DNA of 64,000 nt from Candidatus Multivoradales bacterium (GTDB lineage Bacteria > Acidobacteriota > Thermoanaerobaculia > Multivoradales > JAHEKO01), in assembly GCA_965223855.1 (NCBI GenBank), contig CBDCXM010000009.1:1024001-1088000 (forward strand). Direction: 5' to 3'. The notes under the pieces are model-generated. The model searched no databases and was not told the origin of the DNA. It worked only from the letters and a program-made list of their open reading frames with translations. Of this stretch, positions 29,437-41,084 are shown one piece after another. Within the stretch, counting starts at the first letter, position 1. Each line of letters begins with the position of its first letter. The translations under genes were made by a program, and so were the position numbers.

Positions 29437-31466
29437 GAGGAAGCGAGGGGGCGGTGCGCCTCGGGGCCGACCTCGGCCAGCGTGTGATACCTCTGCTCGA
29501 GGAGTACTACGACTCGGTCGAGTCGGATCCGGAAGCCTGGGCGAGGGCTAGGATTCGCGATCGCGAGATCCTGGATGGGTTCGTCGAAGCTGCGCGGGCG
29601 AACGCAGCGGAGCCGATCACCTGGCAGGAGGGGGGGCTGCCCGAGATTGCGGGCTTCACCGACCTGCAGCCGATCGGCTCGGGCGGCCACTCGCTGGTGT
29701 TCCGGGCGCGGGAGACGGAGCTTCATGATCGCGCCGTGGCGATCAAGATTCCCAGGTCAGGGGCGCTGAGCGAGACGGCTCGCTCCCGCTTCGAGCGGGA
29801 GGTTCGAGCCCTTGTGCTGTTGCGCCACACCAACGTCGCCCAGGTCTACGGAACCGCGATGGCCGTCGATGGGCGGCCGTGCATCGTGATGGAGCTTGTC
29901 GAGGGGGTTTCGATCACCCGGCACTGCGACGCCTACGGGCTGGACACGAGGGCCCGCCTGGAGCTGTTCGCCCAGGCGGCAGCCGGTGTCGCCGCCGCTC
30001 AGGCGCGCGGGATCCTCCACCGCGATCTCAAGCCGAACAACCTGCTGGTGGTCCAGCAGATCGAGGGAGCGGTCGCCAAGGTGATCGACTTCGGAGTGTC
30101 CCGCCTCCCACCCGGACCGGCCGCCGCGACGACGGGAGGGTTGAAGGGCACGCTTCCGTACATGAGCCCGGAGCAGCTCGACGCCTCGTACGGTCCCATC
30201 GGGCCGGCGACGGACGTCTACTCCCTGGGCTTGGTTCTTTACAGCCTGGTGTACGGGCAACAACCCTTCGCGCGAGCGGAGCTCCAGGCCTACGAGGAGC
30301 AGAGGCTGGCGCGACAGGAGGTGCCGCCCATCCCTCCGGACGAGGCCGTGCGCCGGCCCGAAGACTCCAACGGCTCCCTCGAGAGCCTGCTCGCCGCGGC
30401 GCTCGCACCCCATGTACATGAGCGGGAGGCGACGGCCGCATCGCTTCTCGAACGCACGAGGAGCGCGATCGAAGAAGAGAAGGCCATGGGTCCTCGCGGC
30501 GGCGCCCGGCGCCGCGGTGCGCTGCTTGTGCTGGCCGGCGTTGTCGTCCTCCTGGCTGCAGTCGCAGTTTGGTTCCAGGGCCGGACGGAGCCTGCGGTCG
30601 ATACGGTGGCATCGCCCCCGTCGACCTCCGGCCTTCACGAAACTGCGGAGATGGATCAGGCGACACCAGCGGTGCGATCCGAGCCTGACGGCGCCGAGGC
30701 TGCGCCGGAGGACACCGAGCCGGCCGGAGATGCCGGTGCCGGATCTCGAGGAGAGGGCCCGGGGGAGGCTCCGACAGCTCGCCCGAGACGGACTTCCTGG
30801 CCCGCCGGAAGCAGGGCCGGCGAGACGAAGCTCAACCCGAGGGATGGGCTCGCGTACGTGTGGGTGCCTCCGGGCAGTTTCCTCTTCGGGTGCTCGCCAG
30901 GAGATGACGAGTGTGAGCCCGATGAGCAGCCGGCAGAGCGGAAGCAGGTGGCCCGCGGCTTCTGGCTCGGCGAATCCGAGGTCACGGTGTCCGCCTACGT
31001 CCGGGTGATGTCGCGTTCGCGGTTGCCCCCCTCCCCTTCCTTCAACGCCGAGTGGGGAGACGGGGATCAGCCGGTGGTCAACGTCGAGTATTCGGAAGCC
31101 ACGAGGTTCTGCACCCTCGCGGCCACTCGCCTGCCGACCGAGGTCGAGTGGGAGTACGCCGCTCGAGCAGGCGAAGCTCGAGAGCTGCCCCAACGCTTGG
31201 AGGATGCGGCCTGGTACTCCGCCAACTCCGCGCAGAGGGCTCGAGGGGTGAAACGAAGAGCGCCGAATCGGTTCGGCCTCTTCGACATGCTGGGCAACGC
31301 CGCAGAGTGGGTCGCGTCCGACCCACGCGGCGCCACGGCCGTGCTTCGAGGAGGGTCGTGGCGCCACGACGAAAGTTTCCTCCGCTTCTCCTTCCGCCTG
31401 ATCGACTCGCACGGGAGCCGAACTCCGATGTACGGCTTCCGATGCGGCGTCTTCGCGTCCGGCTGA
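29415..31466 (+). CDS. Ser/Thr kinase with TM and C-terminal FGE-sulfatase (SUMF1-like) domain
   Basis: HRDLKPNN, DFG, YMSPEQ; RLPTEVEWEYAAR, NRFGLFDMLGNAAEW, GFRC. Confidence 0.9.
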   Translation: MAAERALRGSEGAVRLGADLGQRVIPLLEEYYDSVESDPEAWARARIRDREILDGFVEAARANAAEPITWQEGGLPEIAGFTDLQPIGSGGHSLVFRARETELHDRAVAIKIPRSGALSETARSRFEREVRALVLLRHTNVAQVYGTAMAVDGRPCIVMELVEGVSITRHCDAYGLDTRARLELFAQAAAGVAAAQARGILHRDLKPNNLLVVQQIEGAVAKVIDFGVSRLPPGPAAATTGGLKGTLPYMSPEQLDASYGPIGPATDVYSLGLVLYSLVYGQQPFARAELQAYEEQRLARQEVPPIPPDEAVRRPEDSNGSLESLLAAALAPHVHEREATAASLLERTRSAIEEEKAMGPRGGARRRGALLVLAGVVVLLAAVAVWFQGRTEPAVDTVASPPSTSGLHETAEMDQATPAVRSEPDGAEAAPEDTEPAGDAGAGSRGEGPGEAPTARPRRTSWPAGSRAGETKLNPRDGLAYVWVPPGSFLFGCSPGDDECEPDEQPAERKQVARGFWLGESEVTVSAYVRVMSRSRLPPSPSFNAEWGDGDQPVVNVEYSEATRFCTLAATRLPTEVEWEYAARAGEARELPQRLEDAAWYSANSAQRARGVKRRAPNRFGLFDMLGNAAEWVASDPRGATAVLRGGSWRHDESFLRFSFRLIDSHGSRTPMYGFRCGVFASG

Positions 31467-31503
31467 ACGAGCCGAACGCCCCGGAGTGTGGCACCCGAGC
31501 CGG

Positions 31504-32940
31504 TCAGTCCAGGCTCTGGTCGCGCAGGAAGTCGAAGACCTCGGTCGACGTCAGGACCCGGTCCTGGTTGAGATCCGCCGCCCCCAGGGTGCCCTCGGTC
31601 AGCCTGTCGAGAAACGTCATGGCAAGCCCTTCGTCCGCGTACCCCGGGTCCGGAGCGAGCACGACGATGTTCTCACTGCCCGCACCGAGATCGGCCAGCC
31701 GACCGATCAGCTGCCGGCGGCCGGCGGCTCCCCCGATGGCGTTGAGGGGCTCGAAAACGTCGAGCACGAGGATCACGCGTGCTTCAGGGTGCAACCCCTC
31801 GTCGAGCATGTAGGCGAGGTCCTCGAGATCGACCGCCGTCGCGCGAAGCTGCCCCGGCCGGGTGTCGCTCGTGGCCAGATAGGTACGGTCGAGAGGGAAT
31901 CCCGGCTCGCGAATTCCGTAGCCTGCGAAATAGACGATCAGGACCTCGGACGGCCCGAGGGCTCGCACCAGCCTGCCGAAGGAGGACTTCACGGCGGTGG
32001 AGGACGCGAGGCCGTCTTCGAGGGCCGTCAGGTCCTCCTCGCCAAGCAGGCCCAGTTCGTCCAGTCCGGCTGCGATGGCCGCCGAGTTGACTTCACTCGC
32101 CCGATGAAACGGCATGTCCTCACCGCCCTCCGGGTAGCGCGCGATCGCGATCGAAAGCAGACGCATTCGACCTGAGAGGCGAGGAGGGGCCCGGCGAGGG
32201 GCGTACGAGACCGGGATCCAGATGCGCGAGGCGTTCCCTCGAGTATCGACGACCGCCAGGGGCACGAGAGCAGGAAGTTCGCCTACCTGGATCTCGGTCT
32301 CGAGGTCGCCCTGCGTCTTGCCTTTCAGGTCGGTCAGTGCGAGCTCCCCCAGTCGCACGCTCCGAATCGGATTGCGGCTCCGGATCTTTGCGACAACCGA
32401 CACCGTCGTCTCCGCCTGGGACCTATCGACTTTCAGCGGCTCCTGCGGGCGCAGCAGGTTCACGTCCGGGTAGCCGGGATTGACGACCCCCGGTCCACCC
32501 GTGAACTCATAGACGAAGTCGTCTCGTTCCCCGAGGTTGATCTGCCAGGTGCGGTCGAACTCTCGTCCGCGCTGATTCTGAACGGAGATCGACACGGTGT
32601 TCTCGCCGGGCTGCAGGCGGAATTCCTCCCGCCGGTCGAGATGGAGGATGACGGTCAGCGCGTCGCCGTTGCGTCTCACCTCGGAGATCGTCGCGGTGGC
32701 GAGCCCGTTGAGCGACGTATGGATGAGGTTCTTCCTGAGCTGCTCGGAGAGCGGGCTCAGCACGTCGATCTCGATCCTGCGAACCGTCGCCGCCGGGGCA
32801 TCGACGCGATCCCCCGAGATCGCCCCGACCTGGAGGTCCGGCAGCCGCAATTGGAAGCGCTGGATGCGCCCCGCTCCGTTGGCTGCCGGGGCCAGAGCGA
32901 TGAGGGCAACGCAGGTCGAGACCAACCGCTTCGAAATCAC
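31504..32940 (-). CDS. Secreted protein with degenerate caspase-like (C14) domain
   Basis: VYFAGYG and VLDVF at the His/Cys positions; GAADLNQDRVLTSTEVFDFL. Confidence 0.7.
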   Translation of the reverse strand: MISKRLVSTCVALIALAPAANGAGRIQRFQLRLPDLQVGAISGDRVDAPAATVRRIEIDVLSPLSEQLRKNLIHTSLNGLATATISEVRRNGDALTVILHLDRREEFRLQPGENTVSISVQNQRGREFDRTWQINLGERDDFVYEFTGGPGVVNPGYPDVNLLRPQEPLKVDRSQAETTVSVVAKIRSRNPIRSVRLGELALTDLKGKTQGDLETEIQVGELPALVPLAVVDTRGNASRIWIPVSYAPRRAPPRLSGRMRLLSIAIARYPEGGEDMPFHRASEVNSAAIAAGLDELGLLGEEDLTALEDGLASSTAVKSSFGRLVRALGPSEVLIVYFAGYGIREPGFPLDRTYLATSDTRPGQLRATAVDLEDLAYMLDEGLHPEARVILVLDVFEPLNAIGGAAGRRQLIGRLADLGAGSENIVVLAPDPGYADEGLAMTFLDRLTEGTLGAADLNQDRVLTSTEVFDFLRDQSLD

Positions 32941-34475
32941 TCGACCTTCCTCGCGCCTTCCTCCCAGTCCGCGAAGAGATAGTCGGGTGGAGCCTCAGGA
33001 AGATCGGGACTCCACCCCGCCTGGCCGCTCATGCTCATGAAGTCGTAGAGCGTGTCCAGGTGAGAGGGAAGCTGGCGGATCGCGTACTGCCGGACCCAGT
33101 AGTTGGAGTAGCTCTCGATGTAGGCCTGGAGCTGCTCCGCCGCCATCTGAACGGTAGCGGGATCGGCGGTCTCGCTCAGGAGCGTCATGGCGTAGTGGAG
33201 GTGCGCACCGAAGTTCCAGTTTCTGGTGTCGTGCTCGGCAGCCCGCCGGAAGTACTCCCGCGCCTGTGCCAGTTCGTCCTCGGTCCGCCCGACCCTCGAG
33301 AGGAGCTTGCCGTAGTAGTAGAGCGCGGTGGGGTCGTTGGATCGAACCTCGACCGCCTGCCGGAGGTTGTTCTCCGCGGTACGGAACATGTCGAACAGAA
33401 GCGCCTGGATCCCGTTGTCCCGCCAGAGTTCGGCCATCAGTTGGCGATAGCGATGAGTGTCGATCAGCAACGAGCCGGATCCAGTTGCAGCGGTGGCGAA
33501 AGAGGTCTCCACCAGTAGCCGTTCCGCCTGGGCCAGGCGTTCGCGGAGACGAGCGGGGTTCCCGATGAAACCGAGTCCGACGCGCCGATCCTGAACCGCC
33601 GTGTCCAGGAGTTTCGCGAGGACGATCGGCACCTCTTGAGTGTCGTAGGAGAGTTCCCGCAGAGCGTCGAAGGCGAGTCGGTCGGCCTCGTCCTCCTGTG
33701 CGGTGTCCCAATCCACTTCCACTCTGGGTTGAGTGAGGGCCACGGCGGCGGCTCCAACGAAGGCGCCGGCCATCATTCCGCTGTCTCCATCGATCTGTTT
33801 GCCGACGGCGGCGCCGAGTCCGCCCGCAAGTAGGATCTTCCAGCGTTGCCGGCGCTCCTGCCTCTCCATGTACTCCTCCGTAGCGAGCTCCAGCTTGGCC
33901 CAGTCCTTCCAGTGGTCGAGGTAGACGTGGGCCATCTCATGCGCCAGCACATAGGCCAGCTGAGCCTCGTTCTCCAATGAGGCGACGAGGCCGGTGGAGA
34001 GGTAGATCGTGCCCGTCGACAATGTCTCCGCGAACGGCACCGGGTCGTTGATGAGTCGGAACGAGAAATAAGTGAGTGTTCCCTCGGGCACGAGGCTCTG
34101 GCCGAGTCGATTGACGTAGGCCTGAATCATCAGGTTGTCGTAGAGCGTGTCTCGACCGTGCAGCCGAAGTCTGTCCTCGCGAATCACCACGGGACTTGAC
34201 GGCTGGGATGTATTCACCTCGAACGCCCGCCTCATGTGCTTCTTGAGGTTGTTGCCATGCTGTTGATCCACGGCTTCTCGGAACTCTTCGTCCGTCTCGT
34301 AGAGCTCTGCCGCCAACTCCTCGATCCGAGCTCGCGTCCGCTGCTCGCGCTTCTCCTTGCGCTGCTCGCTCCCCTCGCGACTCATCACCTTCTTGAGCTT
34401 CTTGAGCTGCGCCGCTTCCAGACTGGGTTCGAGGGCCACTGCCCCCAGGACGATCAAGGCGAGTAGACGCTTCAT
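32937..34475 (-). CDS. Secreted M48-family metalloprotease with TPRs
   Basis: NEAQLAYVLAHEMAH, QEDEAD; start at MKRLLAL. Confidence 0.85.
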   Translation of the reverse strand: MKRLLALIVLGAVALEPSLEAAQLKKLKKVMSREGSEQRKEKREQRTRARIEELAAELYETDEEFREAVDQQHGNNLKKHMRRAFEVNTSQPSSPVVIREDRLRLHGRDTLYDNLMIQAYVNRLGQSLVPEGTLTYFSFRLINDPVPFAETLSTGTIYLSTGLVASLENEAQLAYVLAHEMAHVYLDHWKDWAKLELATEEYMERQERRQRWKILLAGGLGAAVGKQIDGDSGMMAGAFVGAAAVALTQPRVEVDWDTAQEDEADRLAFDALRELSYDTQEVPIVLAKLLDTAVQDRRVGLGFIGNPARLRERLAQAERLLVETSFATAATGSGSLLIDTHRYRQLMAELWRDNGIQALLFDMFRTAENNLRQAVEVRSNDPTALYYYGKLLSRVGRTEDELAQAREYFRRAAEHDTRNWNFGAHLHYAMTLLSETADPATVQMAAEQLQAYIESYSNYWVRQYAIRQLPSHLDTLYDFMSMSGQAGWSPDLPEAPPDYLFADWEEGARKVE

Positions 34476-35128
34476 CAGTTGCCTCCTGCGGAAGATAGGA
34501 ACTCCTGACCGAGGCGGACGACCAACTGCGCCTCGGCCTCGGTACGACCGATCGACCGCATGCGGTACTTCGGTCCGGTGGTTTCGATTCCAAAGGCCCC
34601 ACTCGTCACCGACTGCCATCGCTCAGAAAAGACGAACGCTTCGACATCGCCGGGGCTGACCGAGAAGCCGTCGTCCGACACCTCGGTCAGGTAGTGGACA
34701 CCGCTAGCCCCGAACTTGAGGTGGCCGAAGCAACTGCCCTCGGACTTGGCGAATCCCCTCAGCCCGCGATGGAGGTGAAAGACCCGCACTACGGCGTCGC
34801 CTCCGTTCTCGAGTGAGAAGCGCATCAGAGCCTCGGCCTCGGAAAGTGCTGCTCCGGTCGGCGGGCGATGCTCGTTCAGGATCGCGAACGCCAGGTTCTG
34901 CGCGATCATCGGATCGGCGCCATCGAGCTCCCACGCTTCCTCGAGAGAATTGATCGCCGCGGAGTAGCGCTCGTACTGAAGGTGCCGCAGCCCCTGCTGG
35001 AGGAGCCGGGTGACCTCGGCCGGTTGAGAGGTGGATGGGGAAACTGAGCCGAGGGCAAGGCAAAGGAACACCTGGCCTACAGCCGGGAAGACACGTCGAT
35101 TCACAGAGAGTCCCTCCGAACTCCGCAA
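34475..35128 (-). CDS. Secreted TPR-containing hypothetical protein
   Basis: Signal peptide; TPR-like helix pair; first gene of the operon. Confidence 0.6.
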   Translation of the reverse strand: MRSSEGLSVNRRVFPAVGQVFLCLALGSVSPSTSQPAEVTRLLQQGLRHLQYERYSAAINSLEEAWELDGADPMIAQNLAFAILNEHRPPTGAALSEAEALMRFSLENGGDAVVRVFHLHRGLRGFAKSEGSCFGHLKFGASGVHYLTEVSDDGFSVSPGDVEAFVFSERWQSVTSGAFGIETTGPKYRMRSIGRTEAEAQLVVRLGQEFLSSAGGN

Positions 35129-35484
35129 AGCGGACGGCAGTACTGCAAACAGAGATGGGCGGATACTTGGAATTAGAGTAGCACTCCTAAGGGTATGCCC
35201 GCGTCGGCCGGTCCCGGTCGCAGGTAGCTGTTCCGTCCGAACGCACCCCCTCAGGGAGACAAGCGGAAATCAGCGGCGAAGAGTCCGATGCCGCGCAACA
35301 TCGAGCGGCCTTCTTCCTGGCCCGTCCTGAAGGGCACGCTCCAACCTACTCGTGGAAGCCGTCGCGGAGAGCTGTGAGCGTAGGTGTCCGCACCTGAGAC
35401 GCGACTCCTCTGGCGCCGTCGGGTCCGCTCGAGACCCGAAGCACGGGATCGGACTCCAGGAGACGATTCTCCGCGAGTTCTTGT

Positions 35485-36858
<1,374 letters not shown>

Positions 36859-37007
36859 CTATTCCGTCTATTCCGCGGGGTGGGCAGGCCCTGCATTGCG
36901 AGGATCCAGCGTCAGTTCGTCGAGAGCGCGTCAGTCGAAGGTCGAGACCGAGTGTATCGAGACACGCCCGCCGACCGAGTTCGTGATCGGCGACGAGTGA
37001 GGTAGCC

Positions 37008-38330
37008 CTAAGAGCCGGTCGCCAACTCGAGCGCGAGTTCGAGCGCGGCCTCCGGGGTGGAAGGGTGGTCGGGGTCGAGGCCGTTCCCTTCCCAGCCGAG
37101 GCCTGTGTCGGGGTCATAGGTGCGCCCGATCGGCAGCTGGAGCCCGAAGTCTCCGGGCAATCGCCGCAGGTCGGCGAGGTGGCCGGCGCCCGCGGTCGTC
37201 TCACCGACAAGGGTCGCGCGGCCGTTGCGGCGCAGGCCGAAGGCGAAGCTCTCGGCGGCGGAAGCGGTGAGGCTGCTGGTGAGCAGGTAGAGCGGCACGG
37301 TCGGCAGGCGGCCGGCCTCCGTGACGGGCTCGGTCCAGCGCTCCTCGGGGCCGGAGGTCCAGGGCGCTTCGCTCACGGCCAGAAGGGTCGGTTCGGCGAA
37401 GAAGTACGACGACAGCGCACGGACCATGGCCGGCTCGCCGCCGGGGCAGCCGCGCAGATCGATGACCATCGCATCGACATCGCGGAAGCGCGGCATCAGC
37501 GCGGCGAGGCGCTCGAGGGCGGGAGGCGAGCCGTCGAAGCCGGCGACCTCGAGGTAACCGATGTTGCCGTCGCGGAGCTCGGCTCTGGCGAGACCGTAGT
37601 CCGCACCGGTCGAGCGCTTCTCCGGCACCGGGCCGCCGTGCTCGGGCTGTCCGTCGTTCGGGCTATGCGAGGAGTCCTCCCAGCGGCCGTCGGCCGTGAC
37701 GGGATCGAGCACGGCGAGATGTCGGTCGTCCTGCAGCTCGCGCAGTTCGCGCGTCAGCGTCTCCGCCAGCCGGATGTTCGAGTCGATGTCGGCGAAGCGC
37801 TCGACCTCCCAGGCGGCCACCGCATCCGCCAGCCGCTCGCGCTGCTCGCGCAGCACATAGGCGGAGCGCAGCAGATGGGCAACCTCCTCGAGCAGGCTCC
37901 CGAGCACGATGCGGTCGATCGTCGGCGTCGCCGGCGCCGGTCGGCCGGGACGGAAGCTGACGGAGAGGGGAGTGTCGCTCCCAGCGTTCTCGAAGGCGAG
38001 GTTCAGGGTGAGGTAGTCGCCCTCCTGTTCGCCTGCGAGCACCAGAGTGGCAAAGGTCGGTCCGGAGTCGGCGATCTCCTCGACCGCTACCTGCCCGTGG
38101 CGGGAGGCGAGAAAGCCGAGCGCTGTCGCCAGTTTCGCGTTGCGTTCGCGCTCGCCGAAGACGGCGTCGAGCCGGGCTTCGCGCTCTGCCGGGTCGGGAT
38201 CGTTGAAGGCCGCGACGATCGCTTCGGCGAGGCGTTGCTCGCGCCCCACCTCGTCGGCTTCGAGGCCGCGGTGACCGACCGCGCTCAGCGCCGCGATCAG
38301 AAGGAGCATGCGGGGGTGTAGGAGCTTCAT
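37008..38330 (-). CDS. S41-family peptidase
   Basis: IDLRGCPGG, TASAAESF, GETTAGA, WEGNGLDPD. Confidence 0.9.
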   Translation of the reverse strand: MKLLHPRMLLLIAALSAVGHRGLEADEVGREQRLAEAIVAAFNDPDPAEREARLDAVFGERERNAKLATALGFLASRHGQVAVEEIADSGPTFATLVLAGEQEGDYLTLNLAFENAGSDTPLSVSFRPGRPAPATPTIDRIVLGSLLEEVAHLLRSAYVLREQRERLADAVAAWEVERFADIDSNIRLAETLTRELRELQDDRHLAVLDPVTADGRWEDSSHSPNDGQPEHGGPVPEKRSTGADYGLARAELRDGNIGYLEVAGFDGSPPALERLAALMPRFRDVDAMVIDLRGCPGGEPAMVRALSSYFFAEPTLLAVSEAPWTSGPEERWTEPVTEAGRLPTVPLYLLTSSLTASAAESFAFGLRRNGRATLVGETTAGAGHLADLRRLPGDFGLQLPIGRTYDPDTGLGWEGNGLDPDHPSTPEAALELALELATGS

Positions 38331-38493
38331 CGAGGTCTCCTTGCTTCGTTGGGTCCACTGGTGCAAACGCCAGAGGGAAGAAGCGGTTCCCGGGAGCCTG
38401 CTGCCGCTCCTGGTCGGGGAACCCACGTCGTGGCGCCGGCAGAGTCGTCGTTGCATCCTCGACGACAGCTGCAGTGGTTTCGCCTGCAGCGCC

Positions 38494-39108
38494 TCAGTAG
38501 GGCAGCGCCTCGTAGACGACGTTCTCCACCAGACCTCCCGGGTGTGGCGTGGTGTTGCTGAAGGTCACCGGCAGTGTGGTGCAGGCGAGGTTGCTGCCGC
38601 ACGGTACGAGATCGAAGTGGACGTGCGGGAAGGTGCCGACATCACCGGTGTCGCCGGTGCGGGCGATCGGGTCGCCCGCCTGCACGGCGTCGCCGACCTC
38701 GACGAGGTTGCCGAACTGCTCGAGATGGACGTACTCGCTGACCACTCCGTCGGCATGCTGGATCTGAATCCAGTTCGATCCGGTCAATCCTCGGCTGCCG
38801 GCCGGCTGGTCGATCCTGAGTCCGACGACCACGCCGTCGCGGGCCGAGGTGACGATGGAACCGAACGGCATCTCGAGGTCGTACGCGTACCTGAGGGTCC
38901 CCTGATGGCTGTGCTGCGTGCAGTTGCCTTGCGAAACTCGATGGGCTCGCCCGACCGGATAGGGAAGTACGTAAGCTGAAGTCGCCCAGTCCGGGTAGCC
39001 GCCGCAGATCTCGTCGGTCGGCGCCGTCGGCCCCGAGGCGTTGTCGTCGCCGGACTCACATCCGGCGGCTAGGAGGGCCAGAACGGCCAGGGCGAGTGAG
39101 CGGGCCAT
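38494..39108 (-). CDS. M23-family metallopeptidase lipoprotein
   Basis: LAAGC lipobox; SHQ...AYD, YVHL, PHVHF. Confidence 0.88.
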   Translation of the reverse strand: MARSLALAVLALLAAGCESGDDNASGPTAPTDEICGGYPDWATSAYVLPYPVGRAHRVSQGNCTQHSHQGTLRYAYDLEMPFGSIVTSARDGVVVGLRIDQPAGSRGLTGSNWIQIQHADGVVSEYVHLEQFGNLVEVGDAVQAGDPIARTGDTGDVGTFPHVHFDLVPCGSNLACTTLPVTFSNTTPHPGGLVENVVYEALPY

Positions 39109-39186
39109 CGCGACGAGCCTACTCTCTTCGGGTCGAAACCTCGTTGACTGGGCGGACGCCCCAGGTTCAGGTGTCACTCCAGCTTC

Positions 39187-39205
39187 AGGTGTCACAGGAA
39201 CACCG
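39187..39205 (+). repeat. Left-type end motif (variant), preceded by a partial copy at 39169-39177
   Basis: AGGTGTCACAGGAACACCG. Confidence 0.75.
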
Positions 39206-39310
39206 CAAGGAGTCGCCCGATCTCGTGGGCTCGACGCCACCTTCGCTGGGGAGATAGTGCCGTAGCGTTAATGCAAGGATGAGGATCGTCCCTCCGTCTG
39301 TAGGGACGAG

Positions 39311-39592
39311 ATGGGCTACAGACTTCGCCACCTCCCCGGCCCTCGCCTCGTCGAGGTCACAGCCCGCGCTGTGCAGCGTCGCTTCCTGCTACGGCCCTCT
39401 GCCAAGGTCAACGCCATCATCATCGGCGCCCTGGCCCGTGCTCAACGCAAGTACGGAATGAAGGTCTGCTACTGCGTCTACCTCTCGAACCACGCCCACC
39501 TGCTGCTGTGGCCCGACGACTCGAAGCAGCTCGCCGACTTCATGCGCTACGCCCACTCGAAGATCGCCAAGGAGCTAGGCCGGACCCACGAC
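39311..39592 (+). pseudogene. 3'-truncated RAYT-like HUH transposase
   Basis: First ~94 codons match the intact copies (YLSNHAHLL), then homology stops. Confidence 0.9.
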
Positions 39593-39637
39593 CCTTCAGA
39601 CGCAGCCCGAAGGGAGGCGAAGGGAAATGAGTCTGGG

Positions 39638-39688
39638 TCTTCAGTACTCCTGTCAGGCCTCCACCCGTCAGTATTCCTCTGAGGCCTC
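39638..39688 (+). repeat. Two degenerate right-type end motifs
   Basis: TCTTCAGTACTCCTGTCAGGCCTC and TCAGTATTCCTCTGAGGCCTC. Confidence 0.75.
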
Positions 39689-39711
39689 CTCCCCACCTCC
39701 CCAGAGGGACC

Positions 39712-40233
39712 TCACCCCTTCGGTCGATCGCCGATCCGGTCCAGCAGGCGACGCAGTCGAGGCAGAGCCGCGCGGTCCTTCTCGCGGCCGGCGGCTTCCT
39801 TCGAGCGAATGACGTCGGCGAGTGCCGCCACGGTTGCGCTCACTCCTTCGCCGACCTCGACGACCACCGCCTGTCGCTTCAGGTCGGGATAGCCGCGTGT
39901 GCCGCTGGGAACGAAGGTCAAATCGAGATCCCCGGCGGCGGTGGTGAGGTTGAGGATCGCGTCCGGCGAGAGGCTCCCCAGAAACTCGGCCGAACAATCG
40001 AACGGCAGGCCCTCGGCGACGCCGTCCGTGCGGATCCTCGCCGAGAGCTCCCCGAGCGCCCCGGCCAGTCGTCTCAGGTTGTCGGGTGAACGTTCCGGCA
40101 CCACGTCGAGATCGATCGTTACTCCGACATCGCCGTAGAGCACGGCGGCCATTCCGCCGATCAGGACGAAGCGAACCCCCGCAGCCTCGAGGACCCGGAG
40201 CATCCTCTCCGGGTCGAACTCACCCGCTGCCAT
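39712..40233 (-). CDS. Nucleotidyltransferase-fold protein (putative TA component)
   Basis: LIGGMAA...TIDLDVV...SKEAAGREKD. Confidence 0.8.
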   Translation of the reverse strand: MAAGEFDPERMLRVLEAAGVRFVLIGGMAAVLYGDVGVTIDLDVVPERSPDNLRRLAGALGELSARIRTDGVAEGLPFDCSAEFLGSLSPDAILNLTTAAGDLDLTFVPSGTRGYPDLKRQAVVVEVGEGVSATVAALADVIRSKEAAGREKDRAALPRLRRLLDRIGDRPKG

Positions 40234-40549
40234 GAAGGGCCGCCAACGATGCCCGCCCGCGCTGAACCAGGCGCGCCGCGCGGGCGGCCGCGCTCAACCG
40301 CTCGGCCGGTGTCAGTCTGAGAGTGCGCTCGAACATCGAATCGGTCCCCGGATCCGGCTCGCCGAGCGCGGCTTCGATCTCGAACCCGGCGGCACGCACC
40401 AACCGCTCGACCAACTCCGCTGCCGGCTGGCGCACCCCATTCTCGATCCGCGCCACGGTCGATGTGGCGGTTCCAGCCCGCCGGGCGAGGGCTGCCTGGG
40501 AGAGCCCGGCGCGGAGGCGCGCCTCGCGGACGAGAGAGGAGAGGCCCAT
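40220..40549 (-). CDS. XRE-family HTH protein (putative antitoxin)
   Basis: GLSQAALARRAGT...VARIENG; LTPAERL; overlaps the downstream gene. Confidence 0.85.
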   Translation of the reverse strand: MGLSSLVREARLRAGLSQAALARRAGTATSTVARIENGVRQPAAELVERLVRAAGFEIEAALGEPDPGTDSMFERTLRLTPAERLSAAARAARLVQRGRASLAALHGSG

Positions 40550-40627
40550 AGCGAGGATGATAGCCGATTGGCGTCCATCGAGCCTCGAGTTGGACCACAA
40601 CCTCGGTCCGCTCGTAGTAGCGATCCA

Positions 40628-40653
40628 CTCTTCAGTATTCCTGAGAGGCCTCT
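40628..40653 (+). repeat. Right-type end motif
   Basis: CTCTTCAGTATTCCTGAGAGGCCTCT. Confidence 0.85.
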
Positions 40654-40799
40654 AATTCGGGCCTCCAATTCGGAGCTCAATTGTGCTTGGGGTTCGCAGG
40701 GAGCAGGCCTCCGATCGTCAGAGCTGGGGTGAACTCGGCGGCAAGCCGGCAGCATGGCCCGCTGCGATCTCGCTGATTCTCTGAGATAGCTCAGCGAGG

Positions 40800-40864
40800 G
40801 GCGGTTCCGGTTTCTCGACGGCGCTTCAGGAAACGCTCACCGCCATCGAGACATCGCGGCCTGG
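40800..40864 (+). repeat. About 65-bp direct repeat of 43504-43569
   Basis: GGCGGTTCCGGTTT.TCGACGGCGC.TTCAGGAAACGCTCACCGCCATCGAGACATCGCGGC.TGG; 2 mismatches and 1 indel. Confidence 0.9.
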
Positions 40865-41084
40865 GGAGGTGCGACGGCACCCGATCCGGCGAGCCACCAC
40901 CCAACCAAGTGATAGTCTCTTGAGCACAGGCAAGCCACTCAAGACCCCACGCCGAGGCCCATCGTCCGGGCGCCGTTCGAACTGCCCAGCCGACCGGAGC
41001 CAGAGGAACCGCGAGTCCAAGGCTCTCTCAGGCGGGACGCATCGGGCGCGGCAGCGACATCGTCGCGCACCCCGAGGAGACAGC

